64,000 nt of DNA from Epiperipatus broadwayi (taxonomy: Eukaryota; Animalia; Onychophora). Below are positions 40,389 through 53,125 of the stretch, piece after piece; the stretch's first letter is position 1, and each line of letters begins with the position of its first letter. A program made the position numbers and the translations under genes. The notes below the pieces were generated by a model. The model ran no database searches. It worked only from the letters and a program-made list of their open reading frames with translations, and had not been told where the DNA came from. The stretch lies in the NCBI GenBank assembly GCA_028023455.1, contig JAQFVV010000003.1:4154001-4218000 (forward strand). Reading direction: 5' to 3'.

Positions 40389-40426
40389 GTTCGAAAGGCC
40401 TGGTGGCGCCCTGTATGGCAGATACG
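40389..40426 (+). CDS. 38-nt coding microexon of host gene (FERPGGALYGRY-G)
   Basis: ttttccag acceptor, G|GTAAAA donor and a GC-rich island. Phase 2 to 1 links the 23026 donor and the 42917 acceptor in one open frame. Confidence 0.7.
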
Positions 40427-42916
40427 GTAAAAGACCATCTATTCCCCGACTATTATACTATATACCAACAGTGTGTATTTGGAATTTGTCATGTATGATT
40501 TAATGCAATCGTAGAGTGGTGGATTCTAGATTTCTAGTCATAATATTGCAGTTCAGTGTCTATTGTCAAAACATGAATCCTTGGAACAGTAAGGCATTCC
40601 ATTAGTTTTATTGTGTGATTTAGTGCAGAATAGAGTTATTGTGTCTAAGGTCATGGATCTCTACTTTAGCTATTATTTTCTATTGTCAAACTTTTCATGA
40701 ATTTCCAAGTAATAAATTATTGAATTATTTACTTATTTAGCAATTTCTGGCATATACACGCATACTCTTTTTTTTTTTTTCAAGTTAGTACAGTAATGCA
40801 ATACTTTTTATTTTTTGGAAAATAATCTTAAAATAATTCATTGAAATCTTAATAAATTTTTATATCTTATGAAAAATTATTTTTAATAATGAAAAATGTA
40901 GAGAATTCATATTTACTATAATCATAAGTCAATTTTTTAAGTATGCTTTCACAAAATTTGTTTTTTAAAAAATAAATTTTCAAAAATATGTATTTTAGAA
41001 AAATACTGTGTAAAAAGTAATCCAAAAATATAAATGCTAGATTAAAAATGACGACTAGTTTTGAAGAGCATTTAAAAAAGTGTTGTATTAAGCACACATT
41101 TCATTCATGTTTTTCTGCCAATTTTAATGACAGAAAAAAAAAAAAATCCTTAATTTGAAATCAATGTGACATTATATTTAGAAAGAAAACATAATTTAGC
41201 ATAGATGATATCAGTTTAAAATTGTTATAGAAAGTATAATCTATGGTTTCTAAATTGGATAGAATAACTAATTCAATTACACATTGCTATTATGCTTGTC
41301 TTCTAGGTTATATTTGATAATTAAACCATAACTTATTATAACAATTGCAATATGTTTTTTGTTTCATTGAATTTGGAATATTTCATTCTTTCAATTACTA
41401 CTGTCGATATCTAACAACTAGTATTTGTTATTGATATTATAAAATGACTATTGTAGTAAGATGAAGGAATAATCAATAGATTATGTTGCAATTTTTGTCT
41501 AATTAACAGAAATAAGCATGATAATTTCAATGATGATGAAGTATTGGAGAAATATCTGATAGCAGATTAAATTAATTATTATTTTTTATTTTTAGACAAA
41601 AAAATGCTTCACATGTTTGAAAGATTTGTGGTGATGAAACTTGTAATATTATTTTTTATTCTCAGTATTCATAATTTTCATAGATATCTCCAGAAACTAC
41701 TGGTATCTTTTGAGTTTTAAATGTAAATGCATATGATTATCTGTTCACCTTACTATTACATTGCTTTTTATTCCTGTTATTGGGCTACTTATTTATAGTG
41801 GTAGCATATACATTTAAAATAACAGCAATTATAACAATTACATTTTGCTAATATGAAGGTACAATTAATGGAAACTGCATATGTGAAAAAAGTTTTTAAC
41901 ACTTGTTTTAAAATGACATCCAACTTGTTTTTTCAAGATGCTTAGTGATACATTCATTATCGTGGTATGACTTTCAATAGTCATTTTTTATTCCCATAAT
42001 TATCTTACTGAGTATGTAATACATGTATGCGGATTTTATCATTTGATTATGAATATGCTTTTTTTTTTGGTAGTTTTATTTTCTCACAGATGCATTCCAT
42101 GACAGTAATTTAAGGTTTCACGTGTAGTTGAACATTATTTTTTTTGTTTATTGTCATGCATACTGATTAATCATATAAGTTGATGACTTTAAATAACTTG
42201 CTAGACATGCCAAATTACTGCCTTTTTTGTTTTTACTAAACAATTCTAATGTTATTGATTTCAAATACCCTTTTGGTTTTTTAATATTTAAACAGCTTTC
42301 TACTAACCTCACATGGCTTGATTAGTTCAAATACAATAATATATTGAACACAGTTTTGAATTAAATGTTATAATTACTTATTATTACCATAAACAAATGC
42401 TATAATCACTATTTTTGAAATTCGGATGATACTAATGTGTCAATCATGAATACACAGAGAAGGCACATATGAAACAATATTATTCATCAGCGATAACTTG
42501 CAATGTAAATATATTATTATCTTAGAAAAACTAATAGAACTTTCCATAACATGATTAAAGTACAAACAAAACTATTGTTAATCACTGCTATAATGTACAA
42601 TGGAAATATAATATTTTCAGAAAATAGAACTAATATAACACATATTGCTTGTGTCCTATCTGAGATTAAAGCCATCCAGAATTCTGCATTGAATACAATG
42701 AAGCATAAGATTATTCATTTGAGGATGATTGATTCACATTGACACAATCATGGAGTTGAAGTATGTTTCAACAAAGACAATTATTGAAATTGCAACGAAT
42801 TTCATTATTTTTCAATAAAACATTTAATAATTTTTTTATAAATTTATATATGCTCTAATTTTTTTATTCAAAAGTTAATTAAAAGTAGATTAATACAATT
42901 TTTATTTATTTATTAG

Positions 42917-42987
42917 GAAACTACTTATTAACAGAGGAAGATTTATCAGAATTTTATCGTTCATTAATTCAAGATGCTCCAGATAAG
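42917..42987 (+). CDS. Coding exon of host gene (NYLLTEEDLSEFYRSLIQDAPDK)
   Basis: tttattag acceptor, AAG|GTACTG donor, open frame phase 1 to 0. Confidence 0.8.
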
Positions 42988-43265
42988 GTACTGATTTTAT
43001 GTGTATTTTTTAAATATATGGATGGGTAGTGTAAATGAACATTGGTTTTTATATCATTAAAATATAAAATAAAAGTTGCATTTAAATCCCAGTTTGTTTT
43101 GGACATTTTTGCTCAGCTTAGAAATAAAGAAGCCTAAGATTACAACCATAAATGAGAAAGTCTTTATCAAAGTCTCAAAATGGGATTGAAGTACAGCTTT
43201 TCTTTTATATATTTATACATATATGGAAGTAAAAATATTTCTATATTGTATATTTTGTTTTGTAG

Positions 43266-43467
43266 GCCACACCGGAGGCCGTAATCCGTGCCGTTGTAAA
43301 TTACGTACGCGGCCTACAAAGCATTGACAATCTTGATACCATTGGAGAAAATGTTTTTAGATTTGCAACTACTCAGGCAGAAAAAATACAAAAATTTAAA
43401 CATTGTGTTCAATATTACCTTAATGGCACTAATGATGGCTTCCTCCGCTACCGCCCAACAATGCAAG
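43266..43467 (+). CDS. Coding exon of host gene (ATPEAVIRAVVNYVRGLQSIDNLDTIGENVFRFATTQAEKIQKFKHCVQYYLNGTNDGFLRYRPTMQ)
   Basis: tttgtag acceptor, AAG|GTGAGT donor, 202 nt open, GC much higher than flanks, phase 0 to 1. Confidence 0.85.
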
Positions 43468-43823
43468 GTGAGTGACTGGAGAACTGTCTTTTCAGCCCAT
43501 GAAGAAATGCAGCCAGCTTCCTTCTATTATGATAAAAGCATGTTTTTTTTTATTTTATGTATATATATATTTTGATATTTGGATTTTATGTCCATTGTCA
43601 TGTGTCCTGGGTTATTTTATCTTAGGCAAAATTTGTTTCATTTTTTTTTTTTTTTAAATGTTATAATTAAATTTATTTTGGAAGTTATAGTCATGCATGC
43701 ACAACCATGTCATATGTTGGGAGGGCAGTTTTCTCTTTTATTTTATTTATATTTTTTCTCTTTTTCCATTTTTGGTGAGAAGTAACCGTAACTATCATCA
43801 AGAAATGTTGACTTTTTTAACAG

Positions 43824-43963
43824 TAAAAAAACATGAGCCGGGCCATTATCAGCCAATTCGCCAGGCCCGGGATTCATCCAGTCAACGCACCTCTGATTCA
43901 GCCACTGTGTCCACACCTACAAATGCAGCACAATTTGCCTCAGAAGCTCAGGATGATGGTGAG
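43824..43963 (+). CDS. Coding exon of host gene (VKKHEPGHYQPIRQARDSSSQRTSDSATVSTPTNAAQFASEAQDDGE)
   Basis: ttttttaacag acceptor in phase 1 matches the previous donor. Open frame overlaps track ORF 43697-43993. GAG|GTACTT donor is phase 0, with an alternative G|GTGAGG donor at 43958. Confidence 0.75.
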
Positions 43964-46900
43964 GTACTTATCTATTTATTTATTAATTTTTGATATTCAC
44001 TTCATTGAATACCATTATAAAAATAAATAATTGTCTCAATGTGTTTCATTTTCAAGCAAAAAGTTATCTTTCATATTGAAATGTTACAAAATTATTTTTA
44101 TCTAACTGTATTCGGTATATACATAAGTACACATACACAAGTGCAAATATATTAGAGATATGAGTAAAAAAAAAAGATTAAGTAATACAAATAAGAGCTA
44201 TCTCATTTCCAAACTATACATTTGTTTTCATAGCCTTAGTCTATTACAAATAAAATATAATTCTAAAGTACAAGTTATATACTATACTTGAAATTATTGG
44301 CAATTTTTTTTTTTAATTCTTAAAAATACAAACTTTGTCTATCTTTTAATAAATTGCAAATAAAAGTAGCATAAAATTAATAACACACAAACACACTTGG
44401 AAGACTGTAGATTGTACTCCAGATTTATTTACATACTGATATACAATTAATGGGGATTTGAAAGTCTGTGCTCAAATCCCCTTAAATTACATCTAGCTTA
44501 AATATATGTACTATATTTGTATTCAAATATTGATATTAAGTACATGCTATCCCTCATTTAACAAGTTAATGTATAGGCTGAGAATCTATTGATATGATGT
44601 ATTACAGTTAGACTTTTTTGAACAATCATTTATTATTTAAAATATATTTTTCTAATAGTATTTAAAGTAATGGATGACTTACAGTTACAGTTTTGTAAAT
44701 AAAAAATGTCTTTCTCTTTCTTTTCTACGATTAAATTAAATTACTTAACAATTATAAATAATATGGTAAAGATTTGTATGTGTATAGAATTCTTACCTTC
44801 TTTAATCCAATAAATATAAAAAAAAAAATATGGATTTGATCTGTTTTAAATAAGCTGGGTACATTTTTAATCTTCTTACATACTTTTAAGAGTTATGATC
44901 TATTCTAAATTTTTTTTTTAGGATATCTCCAGAAATGTAGCTGTTAATTAAGATATAGATATCCTTTAGTCATTCTTGATTCATTATGATTTCATTCAGT
45001 AAAAAAAAAAAAAAATTTTTTTTTTTAAAAATTTCATAAAGTTGAAATTTGAAATGGCATGTCTGGGAACTAACTGCCCGTATATTTATAATAGTATACA
45101 AAGAATATGTTTACGTATATACATAAACTTGTACAAGTGTACACATACAAACATATTTATATATATTAAAATTATTGATTCAATGCCCTATTCAAAAATC
45201 TTGCTTGCATGTAAAAAAAACAAAAACACTAAATATGTACATGGTTTATAAATGGTCACTTACGTAATTTTAATGTATTAAAGACTAAATTATAAAAGCA
45301 AATCTGTACCATCAAGTGCCTACAACTTTGGAAAATTAAATATTAAATATATAATAGTCAAATTTGTAATGTAAATTATAATAATGTATGGTTGGTTTCA
45401 AAAGAAATTCCCTTATCAATTGTGCTAAGTCTTCAAACATACCTCAAAATAGGCTTGAATTTTATTTATATTAAGATTTTGTTTGCATTATTTGAAAGTA
45501 TGGAAAAAAAATATAATTTTTAAATGTAGATGGGGGCTCTTTATAATTAACCTTTCAATTGTTTTAATATTTTTTTCTAATAAATGACCATAATAAGATT
45601 TTTTTTATTTGTATTTTTATAAAGAAAAAAGGTTTTTTTTTTTTTTTGAATAATATTATAAATATACATATCCCAAAGAAAAAGGTGTTTATAATTGCTT
45701 TTTTTTTTTTTTTGCATGAATATTTTTAAAGGTTACTAACCTACGAGTTATAAAAACAATTGTTTTTATGAAACTTATAATCTCCATATTCAAAAGGCTT
45801 AAAAAAAAAATAGTTGCAGAAGTAATAGATTTTATAAAAAGCTTTATAAAAACGTTATAGGGATTTGAATCTGGAAATATTTAAATTTAGAATCTATTTT
45901 TATATTAGACATATTTATAATGTTCTAATATATAAAAAAATTGTTTTTATGTACTTTGCAATGAAATTGAACATTTACACATTACCTATCAATGTGAAAA
46001 GTATGAATTAGTTTATATTTCTGGATTACTTACTTACATAGTAATAACTATTTATCACGGTCAAAAAAAAAAAAATTAAAAAAAAAGTATATCTAAAAAA
46101 AAAAAAAGAATCATACATCTTGAGTCATATTATTTAAACATTATAATAACAAATATATTTTTTAATAAAGAAATGGATATAATGAAGGGAAAAAAAATTG
46201 AATTCAAAGTAAGAAAGATATGATATGTTTTGAAAATCTATTATAGAAAAGTTATGTTAGTATAAATATATAATTCAAAAGTTTTGAATCATATATATAA
46301 GCTACACTTTCTAAAGTATACAAAAAATATGATAGATATAACATCAAAAAATCTAAATTCAAACATTTTCAGATATGAAAGATATGCATGTGTCTTTCAA
46401 AATCAAGAATAGAAATTTTTTTTTTTATTATTTATTGAAATATGTTATAAACAATATATATATATATAGTAAAATTCATCACTTGTGAGACTGAAGAATT
46501 TATTATAAAATATAAAATTGTAGATGAAAAAATTAACATATTCTTGAAAATTTGCATTAGTAAATCAAAATTTATTTTTATTGAAATACTTTTTTTTTAA
46601 TTAAAAAAAAAAATGAAATAAAATTTGATAAATGGTAGAATTTAAAATTATAATGAATTAAAAAATGTTGATAAAATTTGGATGATAATTAAAAAAAACA
46701 CGTATTCTCTTCTAAAGTAGTTAGAAAAGTGCAAAAATGATGTCAGATAGAGTTCAAAGAAAATCCAATGTTCATAAATTTTAGCTGTCATTTACATACA
46801 ATTTTCACAAACTAATATCTGAATGTAATGAATTAAAAAAAAAACCCCAAGACAATGTTGCATACTGCTAACAGATTTCTATTCAAACATTATCCTGTAA

Positions 46901-49853
46901 TATTACATGATAAATAAAATAGTACAGGAGCACCAAGATGCAACATTGCATAAGCATACACACATTTCTTATTTTCGTTAATAGGAATTATAATCATTTC
47001 CATTTCCTTTTTTTTTTATAAACATTGTTACAAGTATAAAAGATGTCAAATTTAATAATTATGTATACTATATTTCATCTTTTGTACTTTTAAATAAAAC
47101 AGATGTCTGTTTAATGTAAATATTATTCAAGGCTTTACTGATTTATGGTTAGAGATGGTTGAAGTCTTGCTATAACTGATGTTCTTTTGAAACTGATCTT
47201 GTGAGCCTTCTCATAATTTACAATTCTAAATTTGATAATAAAAACTATCTAATATTTATTTTCATATATAAGCCTAGATGCTCTTATTTATAGATTATTT
47301 ATAAACGTATGATAAGATATTAATCGAATTAATTTCGAAACAGGGATGGTTCAGAGTATCGAATGGTGTACCTGAATAACCAGTTTATACAAAACATTGT
47401 TAATGCAAAGTTTTTGAAATATATATTAATGAAAATGGTAACAGATTTAGAAAATAATTTGTAAATAATGAGGAAAACATTTTGGAGAAATTGTATACAC
47501 ATGCCTCAAAGCTAAGGATGCATTCCAGGATTGGAGAACTAAGAAATAACTTAGTGTAATATTAAATAAAATTAAATATGTAATATTAAATAAAATTAAA
47601 TAGGTGAAAAGACAAATATGCCAAATAAATGAATGGTGAAGTTTTTAATCATTTTTTTTTTGTTTACTTGGCAGCAAAAAAAAAAATATTTTTTTTAGAC
47701 ATAAGTTACTTATGAAGCACTTTATATTTTAAATATATATTGTATAAACTATATTGTTATTCACAAAATTGCTCCAATACATTAGCAGTCAATTTTAAAA
47801 AAAAAACAAACAGAAAATTCATTCTTGTACACAAAGTTGTTAGGTAAGCAGTCTTATATGAATATTTTTCAAACTAAGATATTAGGATAATTGTTTTAAT
47901 AATCATCATCATATTTTTTTATGATAAATGTATTAAAATCAACTGCTTTAGAAATATATTTATTATAAATGAAATAATGTTGCAGCTTTAGTGGAGGTGG
48001 CATAATTGATAGTTAAGATTTGTATAAACAAAGATGAATTGTATTTGGTAGCTGAAACATTAACAATTAATTTCAGTTGAAATGGGCAAAAAAAAAAGTT
48101 AAAGAATAGACTAAAAAGATGAGATTATATAAAAGTCATTAACAGATTTTTCTAATAATCAATAAAAAAAAACAAATATTACCGACTGGCATTCTGATAT
48201 AGACACATTCTTAAAAATAAAAATCAGAATGGTTCAAACATTTAAATTTTTTATGACTATCTACAAATGTCTAAGTTAAAAAAATTGAAGAAATATGATA
48301 TGACGAGTGGATGGTGTTGATATTTTCAAATGGTGCTAACAATGAAGATTTTCAACAATATTATAGATAATAAGGGAAATAACATTTTATCAGATTAAAT
48401 CTAATTTAGCGAATAAATTATTTTGATCATTATGGGATTATCTAATTTATTAAAAGTATATAAAGCTCTTAGTGAAGGAAGATGACTGTCAATGAAATGA
48501 ATAGGATCTTGTCATAATTAATGAATGCATCATTGATAATCCTGAAAAACAAAGAAGATAATAAGTTGTTTTGATTACCATTAATTAACGTCACATTGAC
48601 ATATCTGATATTAATAATTTCATGTTTACTGCATTATTGGATAATCCTATTTTTATTTGAATTTAATTTTTCCTGGAAAGTTTCATATTGTCTACAAAAT
48701 ATTAGATTATAATATCTGTGCTAATTGCAGTCTATACTGACAAATTTATACTTTATAAATGCATCCAATTATATTAAACCAACTTAAAACATAAATCTAG
48801 AGTACATAAACAATTCCCAGCCTATGTTAAACACAAATTTGGAACTTACTTTTTATTTATCTAATGCTGTGCTAATGTTTTTTGTGATATAGAACTTGTT
48901 TTCATTTGTTTAAAAAAATGCTTTCATATTCTACATTATTGTCAATGAGAACTATGTATTTGAAAAAAAAAAAAAAAAATCCATATGCAGAAATTTGCTG
49001 AATGGATTGCTTAAGCAAGTCAAGGACTAGTTGTGTATGATTTAATTTGTATTTTCAAGTAAATTCTTTATTCACATCTTATGTAAGTTAAAAAGATTAT
49101 TGTAATTTTTCTGCATCGATATGGTTTTATAAACTAAGTAGTGTGACAAACTAGCATATAAATACGAATACTGATATTCCAATTACGACATTGTGATTAA
49201 TCTTGATTTATACTGCAGTTTTACATTGCTTATGTAAATTCCCATAGGATTGGTATATAATAATTGTATTTAATCATTAAGAAGTAAAAAAGTTGCACTT
49301 TAGAATGTCATCTTTATTGTAATTAGTTTAGTTGTTGGCTTTTTTTTTATTTTTTATGGCAATGCATTTCATTAGTATTAAATTTTATTCATGATTATGA
49401 ATGTGAAATAATGAATCCATTATTTTAATGTTATCTGCTTTAAGAATTTTGATATACTGATGGATTTATTTGATTAATATTGATAGAATTGATATTTTCA
49501 TGGGATAGTATAATCATCTGATCGTATTCAATCATTATATATATCTTGTAGAAATTTGTATTTATTTAGGGAAAAACAAATTTTCATTAGACATTATAAT
49601 TTTTCTTAGGCTTGGTTAATTTTAAAATAATTTTTTTTTGTTAAAAGTCTATTTTTATTTTTAAAATTTGGTTCAGCATTTTGTCACATTGGCACTGTTA
49701 GAGAAGTTTCCTTATTACCAATGAAATTGATGTATAATAATGTCTTAGTTATGCCATATTTTTCACTATTGTCATGTTGACTTTTATAATGTTTTATATA
49801 AATACATTTAGTTATGACGAAAAGATAAAGCAGCTTTAAATAATCCACTATAT

Positions 49854-51577
49854 TGTAACAAGGTGCGGACTGAGGAGAGCAATGGTCCGCCTAAAGTTAC
49901 AAGAGAAATGGGTATATATATACTAATAAGACTATTAGCTAATAAAGTTACTAATAAGTGTAAATATTAACATTTAATGGTGATGGGAATATTTAATATT
50001 AACCGTATATTATTCATATATTTATTTAGAGGTAGTTGTTAGACTATAAAAGAAAAAAAAAAAATAAACATCGTAGAACTCGTGTTTTGTTGGGGTGTTT
50101 GTGGTATGCGAATATATATATGTGCGTGATTGATATACTTCGAGTGGATGGCAAATTGGAACAAAACGAGATCCGTCTGAAATGCGAATGTATTTTGATG
50201 CGATGGCGACCGCAATGACGCAGTCATGGTCTATTCGGATGACGCAACCAGGGATTTCGCCGGAGGGGATCCCGAAAATGGATGAGAAAGGACGAGAAGA
50301 AAAAGGATATAAAAGAAAATAGAGAGGGGATAAGAGTCTTCTTGCACGGGTCCAGAAAGTAATCAGAATAAAAGTGTATCATGCATCGAGTGGGGTAAAA
50401 ACCTCAACTTGACAGGCGATGAAGGCCTGCCCCACAGTCCAGAAGGTGCTGCAAGGAAGAAAATCAAAGAACGCCGAATTCCGGTTATCGACGGCAAAGA
50501 ATAGTGATCGCTACGGAGAAATGAACCACGAGATCATCCGGTTATAGAGCCTTTATCATCGTAACCCATGCTTTTGGAATATTGAGGTAACGTGAACTTT
50601 ATCAATTGCCTATTGAATTGCTATTACCACACAATCCGAGTGTTAAACGGATTGTGTCATCCATTGGAACTTTGGAATAATTTAATTTTCTATGATTAAA
50701 ACCTGTTTTAATAAAATATACCAACTACAAAGTCCGTGGAGGCAGTTTAATAGACGAACAATATTAATGTGTTTTGTGGGGCCTATTAAAATCCAAAGAA
50801 TAATTTATTTAATCCGTACATGTATGCGTATGCTATAACATTCAATGAAACACGAGTTGTAAATAATGGGGGGTGGGTTAACTAAATGAATTTTAATATT
50901 TTCTTTTTGTTGTATAATAAATTGTTTTACATTAAAAATATCTTTGGAATATTTTTCTTTCGCTTTGTATTTATATTATGTCAATCAAGTTCATAGTTAG
51001 GGCAAAAAAATGTCATAATTAAGGTAAAACGTATACTATACCTCGAAGAACCAGCTTATAAAACTTTAGTATAGGGTAGCGAGCGCACTCCTCCGAAACT
51101 AGTCGAGAACTTCATTCTGCGCAGGGAAAACTAATCGATAAGGTTGGATTTTTAAATCGAGTTAGTTATCAAATATACAGTTGATTACGGATATTAATCC
51201 ACTTCCAGTTAGAGACAGTAGTGTTGGAATCCCTAATTCCCGTCCACGGTCTATTGACCACCACTCCCTGAGATGAGCTAGGCTAATGAACACCACCCCT
51301 TTTCTTACTTACCGCGAAAGGTAAAGCGACAGCAAATATTTATTGAGTCGCTATCGGGGTTTATTCTGCATTAATAGAGTCCCGCGGTGTAATTCTTATT
51401 TGTTCATCGCAAATAGGTTTGGCGCTTGGAAGCAAACACGCTATCCATAAATATGCCCGGGAATCATGCAGAGACAAAATAAATTCATATATCTATAAGG
51501 TTAAATCTTAAGTTAACTATAGCCAGTCCTATGAATTTATTAATACGACCCTTCAGCGGGCAAAGCGGTTCGTTATA
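49854..51577 (+). repeat. 5' LTR (1724 bp, TGTAAC...GTTATA)
   Basis: Direct repeat of 53141-54868. Confidence 0.95.
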
Positions 51578-51579
51578 AC

Positions 51580-51603
51580 TGGACGCCGCAACTGTGGGGC
51601 CTC
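51580..51603 (+). promoter_or_regulatory. Primer-binding site complementary to the tRNA-Lys(CUU) 3' end, with four 1-nt bulges
   Basis: TGGaCGCCgCAACtGTGGGGCcTC starts 2 nt after the LTR. Removing the lower-case bases gives TGGCGCCCAACGTGGGGCTC, the complement of the conserved metazoan tRNA-Lys(CUU) 3' end. Confidence 0.75.
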
Positions 51604-52169
51604 TGGAGAGCGAGGGGGAATAGGAAGATAGTAGAAGGTTCAAATAAAAGAGGGCGCAACGACCAGTGGATTTGACACGAAGTCGGGATATTGAGCAAAA
51701 CTCCGATACTTTCACGCATTTTACGAGGTTAAAGAAAAGAAAAACGGCGAATGATTTAAAATTTTTTTTTCCGCGTAGATTTTTTTTATTGTAAAATTTT
51801 TTTTTATTGTTAAAAAAAAAAAAAAAAGACGAATGGAATATATACATGTTAGAGCAATAACACTGGGCCTTATTAACACGCTGGACAGGGATATATATAG
51901 ATATTTTTATACGTTATCTGAGTTATTAATAAAAACTATTGCTGACCCTAAGGGTTTAAGAGGGCTAAATAGAGCGTCTTGGTGAATTTAGAAGAAAGGC
52001 AGCATAGATCGATAATAAAAGAATGGGAAATACGATGTAACAGCACATGGAAGCGTAGCACTATAGAGTAAAAGGACAGAAAGCAACAGCACTGGATGGG
52101 GGGGCGAGGTAGTCAGAGCCTGTCAAGATAAGCTAGCATAGAAGTAATTAACATTAGCGATAGCCAACC

Positions 52170-53072
52170 ATGGAAACTCGGTCTAAGGGAAAAACGGACG
52201 AGGGAGGGGAAGAAAAGGGAGAGATGATGAGAATGATGGAAGGAATTATGAAGAAACTAGAAGATATTGAGACACGATTGAAGAAAATAGAAGACGAAAT
52301 GGAGGGAAGAAAAGGGAGTGTGACGAGCGAGCAGGGCGAGGCCGAAGAGGGGATGGGAAAGCCAGGAGTAAAAGAGGCAAGACTAGCACCTAATAAAGAA
52401 GAGAGTGTGAAATATGCGCCTGCGCCGGGCCACGTTAACTCATTTGTGAGAATCCGACCTTTCTCAGGGGAAGTGGGGGAGGCGCCAACTGAACATTTAA
52501 AGAGCCTGACGAGATATTACCAAGTGAACCCCATGGATGAAAACAGCAAACTGGCTGTTGCCTGTAGCAATCTCACAGGACACGCACAATCATGGTGGGA
52601 CTCACTGTTCAAACCTCCGTCCACATTTCAAAGATACCAGAAGGAACTAACGGACGTCTTTTGGTCGGAGGATCGGCAGGAGATGGTACGTTATCGAATT
52701 ATGCAGGAGAAATACACGGAAGAGAAACGAGAAAGTTTCACGCAGTTCTTCCATCGCCAGGTGGCGCAACTCCGAACGTTAAACGCTTGTAGGTTGACAG
52801 AGGTTGGGATCATTAGGATCATAAGGCAAAATATGCCAATGAGGGTCGAGCAGATCATGTTGGGAACGGGAAAGACGTCGATAGAAGGAATGGCCGAGGT
52901 ACTTACGGGCGTGGATATAAGTACTCACAATTACGGGTTTGATCCGGGGAAAGGAAACCTGGATATCCGCAAGAGATGGGAAACTGAGGCTAAGACAAGA
53001 GGGAAACTCGACTCCGAGACGGCCAGACCGCCTGGGAAGCCCTACCCCAGCGGGAATCGAGCGCCGGATTAA
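52170..53072 (+). CDS. gag: Ty3/gypsy Gag, Arc-like capsid protein (300 aa): N-terminal coiled coil plus capsid lobes, no CCHC knuckle
   Basis: Intact ORF between PBS and PPT. Motifs IRPFSG..APTEHLKSLTRYY, NLTGHAQSWW, ESFTQFF, EVGIIRII and KTSIEGM align from memory with Arc/Ty3 capsid (DPREFLSHLEEY, HMNGPAKKWW, EPLDQFL, EEEIIQYV, PKTLEQL). Heptad-like stretch at aa ~19-46. Confidence 0.85.
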   Translation: METRSKGKTDEGGEEKGEMMRMMEGIMKKLEDIETRLKKIEDEMEGRKGSVTSEQGEAEEGMGKPGVKEARLAPNKEESVKYAPAPGHVNSFVRIRPFSGEVGEAPTEHLKSLTRYYQVNPMDENSKLAVACSNLTGHAQSWWDSLFKPPSTFQRYQKELTDVFWSEDRQEMVRYRIMQEKYTEEKRESFTQFFHRQVAQLRTLNACRLTEVGIIRIIRQNMPMRVEQIMLGTGKTSIEGMAEVLTGVDISTHNYGFDPGKGNLDIRKRWETEAKTRGKLDSETARPPGKPYPSGNRAPD

Positions 53073-53125
53073 CGGAGGCTCCAAGTAAGAGCCTGTCAAA
53101 CCCATAGTGCGTGTTTGAAGGCTTC

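Noticed and set aside
40384-40411. CCAGGTTCGAAAGGCCTGG resembling a tRNA T-arm
   Set aside because: No D-arm, anticodon arm or acceptor stem; better explained as the microexon and its stem.
49866-49920. CTGAGGA inside a GCGGAC/GTCCGC hairpin at the LTR start, possibly a hammerhead
   Set aside because: There is no paired stem II ending at GAAA and no stem I partner; it is only a small hairpin.
51541-51549. TAATACGAC, the start of the T7 promoter
   Set aside because: Only 9 nt match, and it is present in both LTRs; coincidence rather than vector contamination.
51485-51847. Antisense ORF over the LTR/leader, plus shadow ORFs 52592-52792 and 52779-53105
   Set aside because: They are homopolymer-driven or overlap gag; no independent support.
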